DNA of 64,000 nucleotides from Macrostomum lignano (Eukaryota): NCBI GenBank assembly GCA_002269645.1, contig NIVC01001630.1, positions 186,001 to 250,000 of the forward strand, read 5' to 3'. Shown piece by piece: positions 14,001 to 24,750 of this stretch (position 1 is its first letter; each line of letters starts with the position of its first letter). The notes under the pieces were generated by a model. It saw only the letters and a program-made list of their open reading frames with translations, ran no database searches and was not told where the DNA came from. The position numbers and the translations under genes were made by a program.

Positions 14001-16722
14001 CCTGTGATTCACCGGTTATCTACTAGCTACTCTACCTGTGATTCACCGGTTATCTACTAGCTACTCTACCTGTGATTCACCGGTTATCTACTAGCTACTC
14101 TACCTGTGATTCACCTGTTATCTATTAGCTGCTGTGATCATTCTACAATATTCGAACACCCCATCTACCAGCCTTTTGCCAACCAACTTTAACCACTTTT
14201 ATCTTTCGTTCTTCTTTTCTGTTTCGACCAGCAATGATTTATGAGCAAACTAAGGCCAAACCTAAACCAAATCTAACTCAAAAAACATAGGCAGAGGATG
14301 ACTATATTGGTATATAATTTTGTTAAAATCGAAGTAAGATAAATTTATGCGAAACTTGGCCAAACCAGGCCAAAAAATATTGGGAGCTGCTATCAGGAAC
14401 TTCTTTCTCTCGCACTGCTCTGTCTCTCTGTTCCCCTCCGGAACCCGGAATTCGATTTTATTAATCATACGCGACCCTCGACTTGACTGGGAAGCCAAGA
14501 TCCGGGAGGTCCCGGGCAAAACCCGACTGTCGGAAGGAGAACTTAGTTTTAATAATTTGTATGACCAAAAAGTCCTCTTTGGCAGAAGATCGATTGCATT
14601 GCACGCTCAGCTCGAAAGGGGGGAAGGCAGATCAGCGAGGGGAAACAAAAAAACTTTTTCCCCTATTTTTTGGTGCAAAACCAGTAAGAGCTGGGTGAGC
14701 TGAGGACACATGGAGAAGGGGGGGCGAGTGCTCGCTGAGGAACTTTTGAAACTTTTTCAAACCGTGCAAGTTTGTATTTTTCTAAACTATAGAAAGGACT
14801 CAAATTGTGCTTCAACTTAGCTCAGATTCGCCAATTTGTCGTGTTTTCTTCATTTTTATTTGATTTCGAATTGGGCACTCCTAGTTTGGAATTAAGAACT
14901 CTCTAGTTTTGAATTGGGCACTCCTATAGTTTGGAATTGGGCACTCCTAGTTTGGAATTGGGCACTCCTAGTTTGGAATTGGGCACTCCTAGTTTGGAAT
15001 TGGGCACTCCTAGTTTGGAATTGGACACTCCTAGTTTGGAATTGGGCACTCCTAGTTTGGAATTGGGCACTCCTAGTTTGAAATTGGGCACTCCTATAGT
15101 TTGCAATTGGGCACTCCTAGTTTGGAATTGGGCACTCCTAGTTTGGAATTGGGCACTCCTATAGTTTGCAATTGGGCACTCCTAGTTTGGAATTGGGCAC
15201 TCCTAGTTTGGAATTGGGCACTCCTAGTTTGGAATTGGGCACTCCTAGTTTGGAATTGGGCACTCCTAGTTTTGAATTGGGCACTCTATAGTTTATAATT
15301 GGACACTATAGTTTGGAATTGGGCATTCCTAGTTTGGAATTTGGCACTCTAGTTTGGAATTTGGCACTCCTAGTTTGGAATTTGGCACTCCTAGTTTGGA
15401 ATTGGGCACTCCTAGTTTGGAATTTAGCACTCCTATAGTTTGGAATTGGGCACTCCTAGTTTGGAATCGGGCACTCCTAGTTTGGAATTGGGCACTCCTA
15501 GTTTAGAATTGGGCACTCCTAGTTTGGAATTGGGCACTCCTAGTTTGGAATTGGGCACTCCTAGTTTGGAATTGGGCACTCCTAGTTTGGAATTGGGCAC
15601 TCCTATAGTTTGCAATTGGGCACTCCTAGTTTGAAATTTGGCACTCCTAGTTTGGAATTGGGCACTCCTAGTTTGGAATTGGGCACTCCTAGTTTTGGAA
15701 TTTAGCACTCCTATAGTTTGGAATTGGGCACTCCTAGTTTGGAATTGGGCACTCCTAGTTTGGAATTGGGCACTCCTAGTTTTGAATTGGGCACTCTCTA
15801 GTTTATAATTGGACACTATAGTTTGGAATTGGGCATTCCTAGTTTGGAATTTGGCACTCTAGTTTGGAATTTGGCACTTCTAGTTTGGAATTTAGCACTC
15901 CTATAGTTTGGAATTAGGCACTCCTAGTTTGGAATTGGGCACTCCTAGTTTGGAATTGGGCACTCCTAGTTTGGAATTGGGCACTCCTAGTTTGGAATTG
16001 GACACTCCTAGTTTGGAATTGGGCACTCCTAGTTTGGAATTGGGCACTCCTAGTTTTGGAATTGGGCACTCCTGGTTTGGAATTGGGCAGTCCTAGTTTT
16101 GGAATTGGGCAGTCCTAGTTTTGGAATTGGGCAGTCCTAGTTTTGGACTTGGGCACTCCTAGTTTTGGAATTGGGCACTCCTAGTTTTGGAATTGAGCAC
16201 TCCTAGTTTGGAATTGGGCACTCCTAGTTTGGAATTGAACACTCCTAGTTTGGAACTGAGCACTCCTAGTTTGGAACTGAGCACTCCTAGTTTGGAATTG
16301 GGCACTCCTAGCTTGTAATTTAGCACTCCTTGTTTGGAAACAAGAATGGATTTCTATTGATTACTAATCGAAGGAAGCAAAAGCCACCAGGCTACGAACT
16401 CACCTCTGGGTGACGCCGGCAAACAATTTTGATGCCTTAAAATGCTTTGGTGTTGCAGCTGCTGCTGCTGCGGTATAGCCTTGTTATGCAGTACATTTGA
16501 GCAGTCGGACTCAACGTACCAACGCAATTCACTCATCCATAGCCGAACCGAGTCCTCCGAAGCTGCCTGCCAAGCGCTGCTATTGATTGACGATGGCAGC
16601 GAATGACTGGACGAAACTGCCGAGCTCGACGGGGTCGCCGACTTAGCCGGCCTCGACCTGACAGCCGGATCCGTCTTAACAGGATCCATATTGGTTGTTC
16701 TCGTCGGCGCAATGCCCAACAT
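1118..16722 (-). CDS. Uncharacterised multi-exon protein gene (predicted alpha-helical), 3' end beyond window start
   Basis: Phase-consistent chain of GT-AG exons read by hand: 16404-16722 (ATG; MLGIAP...LPASPR), 12873-12936, 12562-12612, 6800-6962, 5697-5757, 4553-4659, 4123-4175, 3942-3992, 2928-2953, 1751-1800, 1118-1275. All are open and phases match at each junction. Extra exons between 12562 and 6962 are possible. No family recognised. Confidence 0.6.
1866..2615. repeat. 30-bp minisatellite (AGTCTATACAGTCTGTAAAGTCGGCTGTAA)n
   Basis: Direct tandem repeat with few variants. Confidence 0.96.
3327..3806. repeat. 12-bp minisatellite, CCATGTCACTCT switching to CCACCTCACTCT
   Basis: Direct tandem repeat; variant switch near 3610. 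Confidence 0.96.
4806..5430. repeat. Degenerate (CT)n microsatellite
   Basis: Direct observation. Confidence 0.96.
6410..6547. mobile_element. Tc1/mariner-type element end (remnant)
   Basis: Ends in TTATGGGACACCCTG-TA, the reverse complement of the TA-CAGGGTGTCCCA terminus typical of Tc1/mariner; matching other end not found. Confidence 0.45.
6548..6755. mobile_element. Dispersed foldback/MITE-like repeat with imperfect inverted arms
   Basis: 6560-6640 matches 63046-63126 at 80/81 nt; 6664-6755 is a diverged reverse complement of the same family sequence. Confidence 0.6.
7085..7935. repeat. 12-bp minisatellite (GTCAGAGGATGG)n
   Basis: Direct tandem repeat. Confidence 0.96.
8480..9640. repeat. 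GA-rich complex minisatellite (GGAGAGAGCGGA-type units)
   Basis: Direct observation; open in several frames on both strands. Confidence 0.94.
10270..11670. repeat. Composite ~29-33-bp minisatellite containing ACCGGAAGT
   Basis: Units such as ATCAATCAACCGGAAGTAGCTAGCTACTT and ATCAATCAATCGGAAATATCTAGCTAGCTACTT. Confidence 0.93.
12228..12425 (+). repeat. 12-bp minisatellite (ATGAGTGAGTTC)n, family copy 1
   Basis: Same unit as arrays at 45419-45940 and (reverse) 54530-55080. Confidence 0.93.
13006..14128. repeat. 34-bp minisatellite (CTACTCTACCTGTGATTCACCGGTTATCTACTAG)n
   Basis: Highly homogeneous head-to-tail repeat, no spacers. Confidence 0.97.
14865..16340. repeat. 21-bp minisatellite (AATTGGGCACTCCTAGTTTGG)n
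   Basis: Direct tandem repeat. Confidence 0.97.
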
Positions 16723-17455
16723 TGTTTTATCAAACAGTGGTTTAAGTGCTTTGCTAATTGTTAGCTCGTTGCACAGAAGGCTGAGCTCCGTCGATCGTGA
16801 TTGCCTCTCATTTCATTTTCGATAGTAGAGGTCTAATAACAATAAAGTTCTCTTTAGTTAACAGTAAGTACAAATATATGTGCACAAAACCATGGACTGT
16901 GCGCTGAGTGAGGGATTGAAACAATTGTAAAAATCCTGGCGTGCACACAACACTTCGATTTTGTCTGGGTCTTAGGGACGGTCTGGCCTAGCAATTTAAT
17001 AATGGCATGCGTATGTATAGCGTTGCGTCGTTGGCTTGCGCAAGTTTCGCGTGCAAACATGCGTATAGTAGCTAGGGGGAGGCTAGATTTAAATCCTCGC
17101 CGTCTGAGGGAGAGGACATTGTGACTGGAGAGGGACAGAAGGGCAGACAGAGAGAGAGAACTTTCATTGGCTGACTGCGTTTCATGTCCAATCCTATGAT
17201 CGCGTCGGGAATTTACTCACAAAAATTGGCGGCATTTGCATTTAGTACCATTAATTGATTGAAAATTTTCGCGATGCTACTAACTAGTAGCTTACGTAAG
17301 GAATCTGTTTATTTAATTTAAAAAAATCTAAGGATCTAAGCATTTAAGAAGCATTAAAAATTCTAAAAGTTTCTTCATGAGCGCAAAAATAGCAATAAAC
17401 GTTTTAAAACTTATTTCTTTAAGCAGGTGTTCACGGTAATTCAAAGAGCTCTTAA

Positions 17456-20400
17456 TTACTCTTTGTGGATTCCTGCAGTTTTTGCTATCTCAGCATTCAA
17501 TTTGGACTCGCTTCTGATCCCAGTTTGCTTCAGAAGTTCCGGGATGCTAGCCGCATTTAGTTGCTTCATCAGGCTTTCAATGCTTCTGATGTTTAGCTGT
17601 GCCATCAGATCAGAGACACTGCGAATATTAAGTTCAGACATCAGACTTTTGACACTTTTTAATCCAAGCGTGTGCAGAAGATCACTTAGTTTTGAGCTGC
17701 CCGTCTCAACAATCAGACTGGAGAGATTCGAAATATGAAACTGCTTCATCAGAGACGTAACATTGCAGATACCAGTCTGTTCCATGAAAGCCTTTAAAGT
17801 TGGAAGACCCACTTTACGAACGATTTGCCGTAGGTTCTTGGCGTCAAGTTGCTTCATTAGTCCTTGAACATCCGAAATTCCCAGCTGACTCATTAGACCT
17901 TGGAGATCAGGAATGCGTACTTGTTTCATCAAGCTCTTAAGGTTCTGAAGTCCGACCTCTCGTAATAGTTGGTGCAGACTCTTTGACCCCAGCTGGTCCA
18001 TCAGCTTTGGAACGTCGGTAATGTTAAACTTGGTCATCAACTCTTTAAGATCGTCAAATCCAGCTTCCTTGATTAGAGCGCCCACTGTTCGTACACCGCA
18101 ACGCTTCAGCAGTTGACGTAGGTTCTTGGCGTCGAGTTGCTTCATTAGTCCTTGAACATCAGAAATTCCCAGCTGACTCATTAGACCTTGGATATCAGGA
18201 ATGCGTAATTGTTTCATCAAGCTCTTAAGGTTCTGAAGTCCGACCTCTCGTAATAGTTGGTGCAGACTCTTTGACCCCAGCTGGTCCATCAGCTTTGGAA
18301 CGTCGGTAATGTTAAACTTGGTCATCAACTCTTTAAGATCGTCAAATCCAGCTTCCTCGATGAGAGCGCCCACTGTTCGTACACCGCAACGCTTCAGCAG
18401 TTGACGTAGGTTCTTGGCGTCGAGTTGCTTCATTAGTCCTTGAACATCAGAAATTCCCAGCTGACTCATTAGACCTTGGATATCAGGAATGCGTACTTGT
18501 TTCATCAAGCTCTTAAGGTTCTGAAGTCCGACCTCTCGTAATAGTTGGTGCAGACTCTTTGACCCCAGCTGGTCCATCAGCTTTGGAACGTCGGTAATGT
18601 TAAACTTGGTCATCAACTCTTTAAGATCGTCAAAGCCAGCTTCCTTGATTAGAGCGCCCACTGTTCGTACACCGCAACGCTTCAGCAGTTGACGTAGGTT
18701 CTTGGCGTCGAGTTGATTTATGAGGTCTGTTAGAGATTTGATTTGTAGTTCGTGTCTCAGGCCACGCAAACTTTTTATTCCGAGTTGCTTTAAGAATGCC
18801 ATTAGGTTTTTGGAACCCGTTTTTTTCATCAGTTGTGACAGCTTCTTTACATTTAACTCTTTCATTAGCCCATATACACCCTCAATTCTTGCCTGAGTTA
18901 ATAAATCTGGAATGCTTGTCACACTTAGCGTTCGAACTAGATTATTGAGGTTTGGCGAGTTCAGCTTTTTCATCAAAGTGGCCAGGTTTTGAGCCTTAAG
19001 GCGTCGCATTAGGTCACGGAAGTTCAGCTGCTTTAGCTTCTGCTGAAGTGCAGAAAAGCTGGACACCTTCAGAGCATTCATCAGTGTTTCGATATTTCGG
19101 CCATTGGCAAGGTGCCTCAGTCCGGGGATTTTTTTCAGGGCATGTACACTCTTGAGAGGTTCCAAATATTTTGACAACTTGTCAGTTATTCTGTTGACTT
19201 TCTCGACGACTGGAATTCTGGATATCGCTTTTTTAATTAACCTATCGGCAGCTTTGATTTTCTTTAGTCCCGAAATTGATTTGATAACTTTGCGAACTTT
19301 TTTCTCCATTCTTCTGAGCTTCCGGAGTCCCGGAATCCTGTCCAACACTCCCGGGCCGTACTTGTCAACGAGTTTTCTCAGAACAGGGTTCCTGTTTACA
19401 ATGCCTGTGATCTTGGCGTGTACACCTTTGATTTTCGCAACAGCAGGCAGTGCGTTGAGCTTTGCAAAAACTTTTGTCTTTAACGCTGTAAGCTTTTTTA
19501 CAATCGACAGGCTCTTCAAATTTGCAGCTATTTTAGACTTTATTAAAAGAATCTTCTTTACTATCGGTACAGCCTTCAATTTTGTGATGATGAACGTCTT
19601 GGCTGCCACAAGCGGCTTTACAAACAGCGTCTTTGCAGCGGCAGCCGCGACAGCTTTGAATTTAACGACAGCAGCTGCGACAGCTTTGGCTTTAACAAAA
19701 GCGGCAGCGGCGGCTTTGACTAGGAATGGCACAAAGAAAAATTTTTTTGGATGCCTTCGTGGTTTCTGAAATTATTATTAATAATTAACTCAATTAGTTG
19801 GGGTGAATAAATTTAGACAATCAGACAATATAGCTGGTATCTCGTAAATGTATTACGTGTTATTCGATAACAACCAATATGAAAGCTAATGAGCGCTACG
19901 GTATCAAAAATGTACTATTGAGCGCATACATGCGCAACCCCCCTGATTTACACTGGCCATGCGATTTAATTTTTGACCAAAAAATGCGACTTACCTGTGA
20001 AAGAAACCCTACAGCAACATTGACGCAAATTTTGGGTAAACGGCAGGAGTAACTATAACTGTTCTTTAAGGGCTAAATGCCTCGTCATCTAATTAGTACT
20101 ACGTCTGTATTCTTTGGGGTGGGCATTTTTGCAACTCCTGGTCCACCACAATTTACGGTGGCTAGATCGGCCAGGTCAGCCAGCAGTTGCGCATGTATGA
20201 TTGAGCGTGAGCGTGTGTCTGAGTGCATGTCTGGCGCTTTGTATCAGGGTGACTACCAGCCCACTTGCAAACTTCTACTTGTCTTATGCCTTATTGATGT
20301 TTACTCACATCCAATTCTTGAGGTCCAACGTACGCGGGCAGATTGGCTGTCTGCAGAGCATCCTTAGACTCTCTGGCCTCCTCGACATCCAAATCTGTTG

Positions 20401-20458
20401 CTTGACAGGCGACTACAGCGAGCAGCAGTGCAAGGCCGCCGATAGATATTAAGCGCAT
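17456..20458 (-). CDS. Secreted 819-aa prepro-protein: signal peptide, acidic pro-piece, cationic amphipathic region, 12-aa helical repeat array (gene A)
   Basis: Exon 1 20309-20458: MRLISIGGLALLLAVVACQA-TDLDVEEARESKDALQTANLPAYVGPQELD, donor GTGAGT. Exon 2 17456-19765: acceptor TTTCAG, phase 0, KPRRHPKKFFFVPFLVKAAAAAF..., continuing as the 758-aa ORF in the track to TAA. Confidence 0.88.
17833..18720 (-). repeat. Coding higher-order repeat: 288 bp (96 aa = 8 x 12 aa) x3
   Basis: GGTTCTTGGCGTC recurs at 288-bp spacing; peptide LDAKNLRQLLKR...LGISDVQGLMKQ repeats three times. Confidence 0.93.
20034..20097 (+). rRNA. Degenerate 64-bp 28S rRNA fragment (non-functional, intronic)
   Basis: GGGTAAACGGCAGGAGTAACTAT...AAATGCCTCGTCATCTAATTAGT matches the conserved eukaryotic LSU segment GGGTAAACGGCGGGAGTAACTATGACTCTCTTAAGGTAGCCAAATGCCTCGTCATCTAATTAGT recalled from established knowledge. 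Confidence 0.8.
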
Positions 20459-20984
20459 GGCTTTCTTTTGGAGATTTTAGTAAATTGTTTAGCGATAGTT
20501 TTTGAAAATTTAATTTAATATTGAGTTTTGGGCGTTGCCTGATCAGTTCTTCGGGTTTTAATAGAAATGCCGCATCCGAGAGACCCCGCGAAGCCATCCA
20601 CACGAAAATAGCAGGATATGACAGTATAAAATGAATCCTTGATTTTTAGTTTCGCATTTTCGGTGATTCTCCTAAGCAGTGCATCGCCCCCCATCCAAGA
20701 GTGTCAAACCGTAATTCTGCAAATTTTCTGTCCTTGCTTTTTCATCTCCGTCATTTTTTACTCCAGGATTTGAAAAAACTAAAGAGCAATGAGAAAGACA
20801 GAGAGCTAACGATACAGTGCGTAATGTTTAAAAAAAGCAGATTTTTATAAAAGCTTTATTAATAAGTTGTGATAAAAAGTCCGAAAGTGGTATTTAAAAT
20901 ATTAAAACACACTACACTCATTGTATTAATTTTCGTCCTCCAGGCCAAGAACAGATTATAGAAAATACCGATGTGACGACGTAC

Positions 20985-21465
20985 CTGGTGCTAAATCCAC
21001 TGGTGGTAAATCAGCCTGGTGCTAAATCCCCTTGGTGCTAAATCCCCTGGTGCTAAATCCCCTTGGTGCTAAAGCCCCTGGTGCTAAAGCCCCTGGTGCT
21101 AAATCCCCTGGTGCTAAATCCCCTGGTGCTAAATCCCCTGGTGCTAAATCCCCTGGTGCTAAATCCCCTGGTGCTAAATCCCCTGGTGCTAAATCCCCTG
21201 GTGCTAAATCCCCTGGTGCTAAATCCCCTGGTGCTAAATCCCCTGATGCTAAAGCCCCTGGTGCTAAATCCCCTGGTGCTAAATCCCCTGGTGCTAAATC
21301 CCCTGGTGCTAAATCCCCTGGTGCTAAATCCCCTGGTGCTAAAGCCCCTGGTGCTAAATCCCCTGGTGCTAAATCCCCTGGTGCTAAAGCCCCTGGTGCT
21401 AAATCCCCTGGTGCTAAATCCCCTGGTGCTAAAGCCCCTTGTGCTAAAGCCTAAAGTGCTAAATG
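20985..21465. repeat. 15-bp minisatellite (GGTGCTAAATCCCCT)n
   Basis: Direct tandem repeat. Confidence 0.96.
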
Positions 21466-21496
21466 CTCTATGTCTCATAAAAAAACCTTTAAAATA

Positions 21497-22487
21497 CGGG
21501 TGTCCAAAAAGTAGTGATACTTTTAACCGTAGCTCTCGTTCTGTAGCTTCCTGTGATTTAAAATTTTATGAACTGATAGCGGAAAATCTCTTCTACAGAC
21601 TGCTTTTTGAATTTTTAAAATTGATACTAGAGAACAAAAGTTATACCCACAAAAGTAACAGTACCTGTACTATAGAGTTACACAAATTATAGGCTGAGCT
21701 TCACGAGATCCATGCCGAGTAAGCTTCGATGAATTGTTGATTTCGGCTTGTCCAACCTGTCAGCGATCTCTCTAATGGTCATTCGGGAGTCCTCGTCAAG
21801 AAGATTCAGAATGGAGTCCGCCAGTACATCAGGTCGATGAACGTATGGCCGCCCCGTCCAATGCTGATCTGCCAAGTCAATCCTTCCCTCGCTGAACTGC
21901 TCAATCCATCGATAAACTGTCATTTTGCTGACCGCAGAGGATCCGTGCGCAGAGCAAAGTTTTGCGTGAATTTCTGAGGCACCATGGCCAGCGCCCCAAA
22001 GAGTGAAGATAGTACTTTGCTGAGCAACAACTGAGTGCACATTCATGTGTGTTGTCGAGTATGGGCAATGAAATCATGAACGAATCGCAAAATGCAAGCG
22101 ATCCTCTGTTTGCAAGTAAAGTAATGCATTTAATGCTTTATTTTTCTGCGCCTGATCCCGTCCATAGATAAATTTCAGTCAGTCACAGTGAGCATCATTT
22201 TGCAATTGGGCTTTGGTATTGCTTAAACAAGACATTTATCGATGCCTTCTTAATGAATGAGTGCAGAAGTCAACTATTATAAATTTCGATATAATTTGTG
22301 TAACTCTATGGTACAGGTACTGTTACTTTCGTGGGTATAACTTTTGTTCTCTAGTATCAATTTTAAAAATTCAAAAAGCAGTCTGTAGAAGAGATTTTCC
22401 GCTATCAGTTCATAAAATTTTAAATCACAGGAAGCTACAGAACGAGAGCTACGGTTAAAAGTATCACTACTTTTTGGACACCCCTCG
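21497..22487 (-). mobile_element. Non-autonomous mariner element with ~195-bp TIRs, TA target duplication
   Basis: TIRs 21497-21691 and 22290-22487 nearly identical; TA on both sides (21495-96, 22488-89); CGAGGGGTGTCC terminus. Confidence 0.9.
21687..22046 (-). pseudogene. Truncated mariner transposase (N-terminal HTH DNA-binding region only)
   Basis: ORF with VYRWIEQF, TGRP (RSGRP-like) and MTIREIADRL...STIHRSL HTH motifs; ends at VKLS just before the WVPH linker; no DDD catalytic domain. Confidence 0.85.
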
Positions 22488-22961
22488 TACAAAATCTGAA
22501 ACCTATCCGCTCTTGTTTGATATGTTTAGGCAGACACATTCTTTTGGAGGTAGAGTTAGTTATAAAACTTAGTCAGAGACCCTTTTTTATATTATACTGT
22601 TGAAATTTTGCTATATTTAGCTTTGCACTGAGTCAAAGGTACGTCATTGTCGATTGTACGTCATTGTGCACCAGAAAGGCTTTGAAGAAAGCGAAACGGA
22701 TTCCCTTTTAGTGCCAGGAGCGCAAAATATCAGCCCACTGCAGGACCCTAATAGAAGATTAAATCCGTCTTTTTCATAATTTCTTGCATCGCTCCGTGTT
22801 ACAAAATCCTTGATTACTTAGCGAGCTCGGCCTTCTAAATTCATGAGATGCGCGCAAACGAGAGAAGAAGTATATATATAAACTAAAATATCGTCGATTT
22901 ACGAGCTAATTTTCGTCCTTGTTATTTTTCTTCAAAAGATTGCTTACCTGCAAATTGAATC

Positions 22962-23936
22962 ATGCGCTTAAGGAGTCAAATATTTTTCGGAGTCTGTCTA
23001 GCTGTGTTGCTAGTGACTCAGGTCTGCTGCGACAGCGAGAAAAGTCATACTGACGATTTCGATGAGCAGCTGGCAGAGACGGCCAAAAGCTTGGTCGATA
23101 GCGAAATTGGTACCGCTGAAGATCCGTTTGCAGATTTCGATGTGAGTCTAAACCCTTGGAGTTTGTTGCCTCAAGAAGGCGGGTAGATGAGAGAGGAAAA
23201 GAGAGGGAATGAGGGAAGGAGAAGAAAGATGAGATAAAATATGAGGGAGAGAGGGATGAGAGAAGGTGTTCACGGCTGTTCACTCCAAGGACTGGGGGGT
23301 CGCCACACACACCCTCAATTACCCAGCTAATGCTGGCACCCATTTTACAGCTGGGTGAACTGAAGCAATGCAGAGTTAACTGTCTTGTTCAGTGACACAA
23401 ATTGTTCCAGTGGGATTCGGGAATCGAACCCCCGACCTTCAAGTCTTTGACCACTAGGCTACAACCCTAGCTGCGACACGAGAGGAGAGGAGAGAAAAGG
23501 ATAGCAAAGAGGAGAGATAAGATGAGAGAGGAGAGAAGGGATAAGATAGGAGAGAAGAGAGCTGAGAAGAGACACAAACCTCAATCGAACGGGCTTGCTA
23601 TTGTAAAGTTTCAAAGGACCCGAGGACGGGATAGAGAGGCTTCATGGGCAGCATGTGGACGTCGGGTCGGAGTTGTTAATCTTGTTCAATAGATTTCCGG
23701 ACCAAAGCTAAAGTCTGAAGTTGAAAAAAAGTTCTAACTTCTGCGAGCATCTCTTATGTTTTTTGTCCCATTGTCCGACAAGTGACCGATTACATTCGGT
23801 CAGGGTCTTTACCTCGGGCTCTGTTTAGGAACTTAAATTGACGTTCCCTTCTATAGTATCATTACAATACAAGCTATCTACTAAACTACAGGATGCGGAG
23901 AGGCTGACAAAGAAGTGGCAAGAAGTGGACGAATAA
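22962..23936 (+). CDS. Small secreted prepropeptide, 74 aa (gene B)
   Basis: Exon 1 22962-23141: MRLRSQIFFGVCLAVLLVTQVCC-DSEKSHTDDFDEQLAE...FADFD, donor GTGAGT. Exon 2 23892-23936: ACTAAAC...CAG acceptor, DAERLTKKWQEVDE-stop. TATA-like run near 22871. Confidence 0.7.
23265..23466 (-). mobile_element. tRNA-derived SINE with CORE-like central domain
   Basis: Minus strand: A box TAGCCTAGTGG, B box GGTTCGATTCC, then TTGCTTCAGTTCACCCAGCTGTAAAATGGG, typical of CORE-type SINE bodies; lies in the gene B intron. Confidence 0.75.
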
Positions 23937-24179
23937 AGGACGGTTCGGCAAAATGAATAACTTTTCAATATTAAAGTTGTTTGCTGTTTCAAAATCAGTG
24001 AAACATCGGCGCGAATTTTTGCTAAATAACATCTGATAAATTTGTAATTATTATAAATATATAGTCTCGATAGGTCAGTTTTCTTCTAACTAAAGGCTGT
24101 TGGATTGTCGATTTTTTATTTTAAATTTCTGCTACATGTAGCCATCTACCTGTAAATGTGGGTATCTCTATGTTACTCT

Positions 24180-24750
24180 TTCCCTCAGATTTCTCAGATC
24201 TCCCTCAGATCTCCCTCAGATCTCCCTCAGATCTCCCTCAGATCTCCCTCAGATCTCCCCGAGATATCCCTCACATTCCCTCAGATTCCCTCAGATCTCC
24301 ATCAGATCTCCCTCAGATCTCCCTCAGATCTTCCTCAGATCTCCCTCAGATCTCCCTCAGATCTCCCTCAGATCTCCCTCAGATCTCCCTCAGATCTCCC
24401 TCAGATCTCCCTCAGATCTCCCTCAGATCTCCCTCAGATCTCCTTCAGATCTCCCTCAGATCTCCCTCAGATCTCCCTCAGATCTCCCTCAGATCTCCCT
24501 CAGATCTCCCTCAGATCTCCCTCAGATCTTCCTCAGATCTCCCTCAGATATCCCTCAGATCTCCCTCAGATCTCCCTCAGATCTCCCTCAGATCTCCCTC
24601 AGATCTCCCTCAGATCTCCCTCAGATCTCCCTCAGATCTTCCTCAGATCTCCCTCAGATCTCCCTCAGATCTTCCTCAGATCTCCCTCAGATCTTCCTCA
24701 GATCTCCCTCAGATCTCCTTCAGAACTCTAAAATCTCCCTCAGATCTCCC
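24180..24750. repeat. 11-bp minisatellite (CAGATCTCCCT)n
   Basis: Direct tandem repeat. Confidence 0.96.

Noticed and set aside
13006-14128. 34-bp repeat as a CRISPR array
   Set aside because: No unique spacers, no cas genes, eukaryotic context.
221-16096. Long repetitive ORFs ([39 protein letters not shown] etc.) as structural proteins
   Set aside because: Open in several frames and both strands, coincide exactly with satellites, lack signal peptides or splice support, and lie in introns.
19104-19769. 221-aa plus-strand ORF
   Set aside because: Antisense shadow of gene A exon 2.
21032-21692. (GAKSP)n / (VLNPL)n ORFs as histone-H1-like or neurofilament-like protein
   Set aside because: 15-bp satellite open in three frames, running into a transposon TIR.
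23405-23466. Functional tRNA gene
   Set aside because: A and B boxes present but anticodon arm and acceptor stem incomplete; continues into a SINE body.
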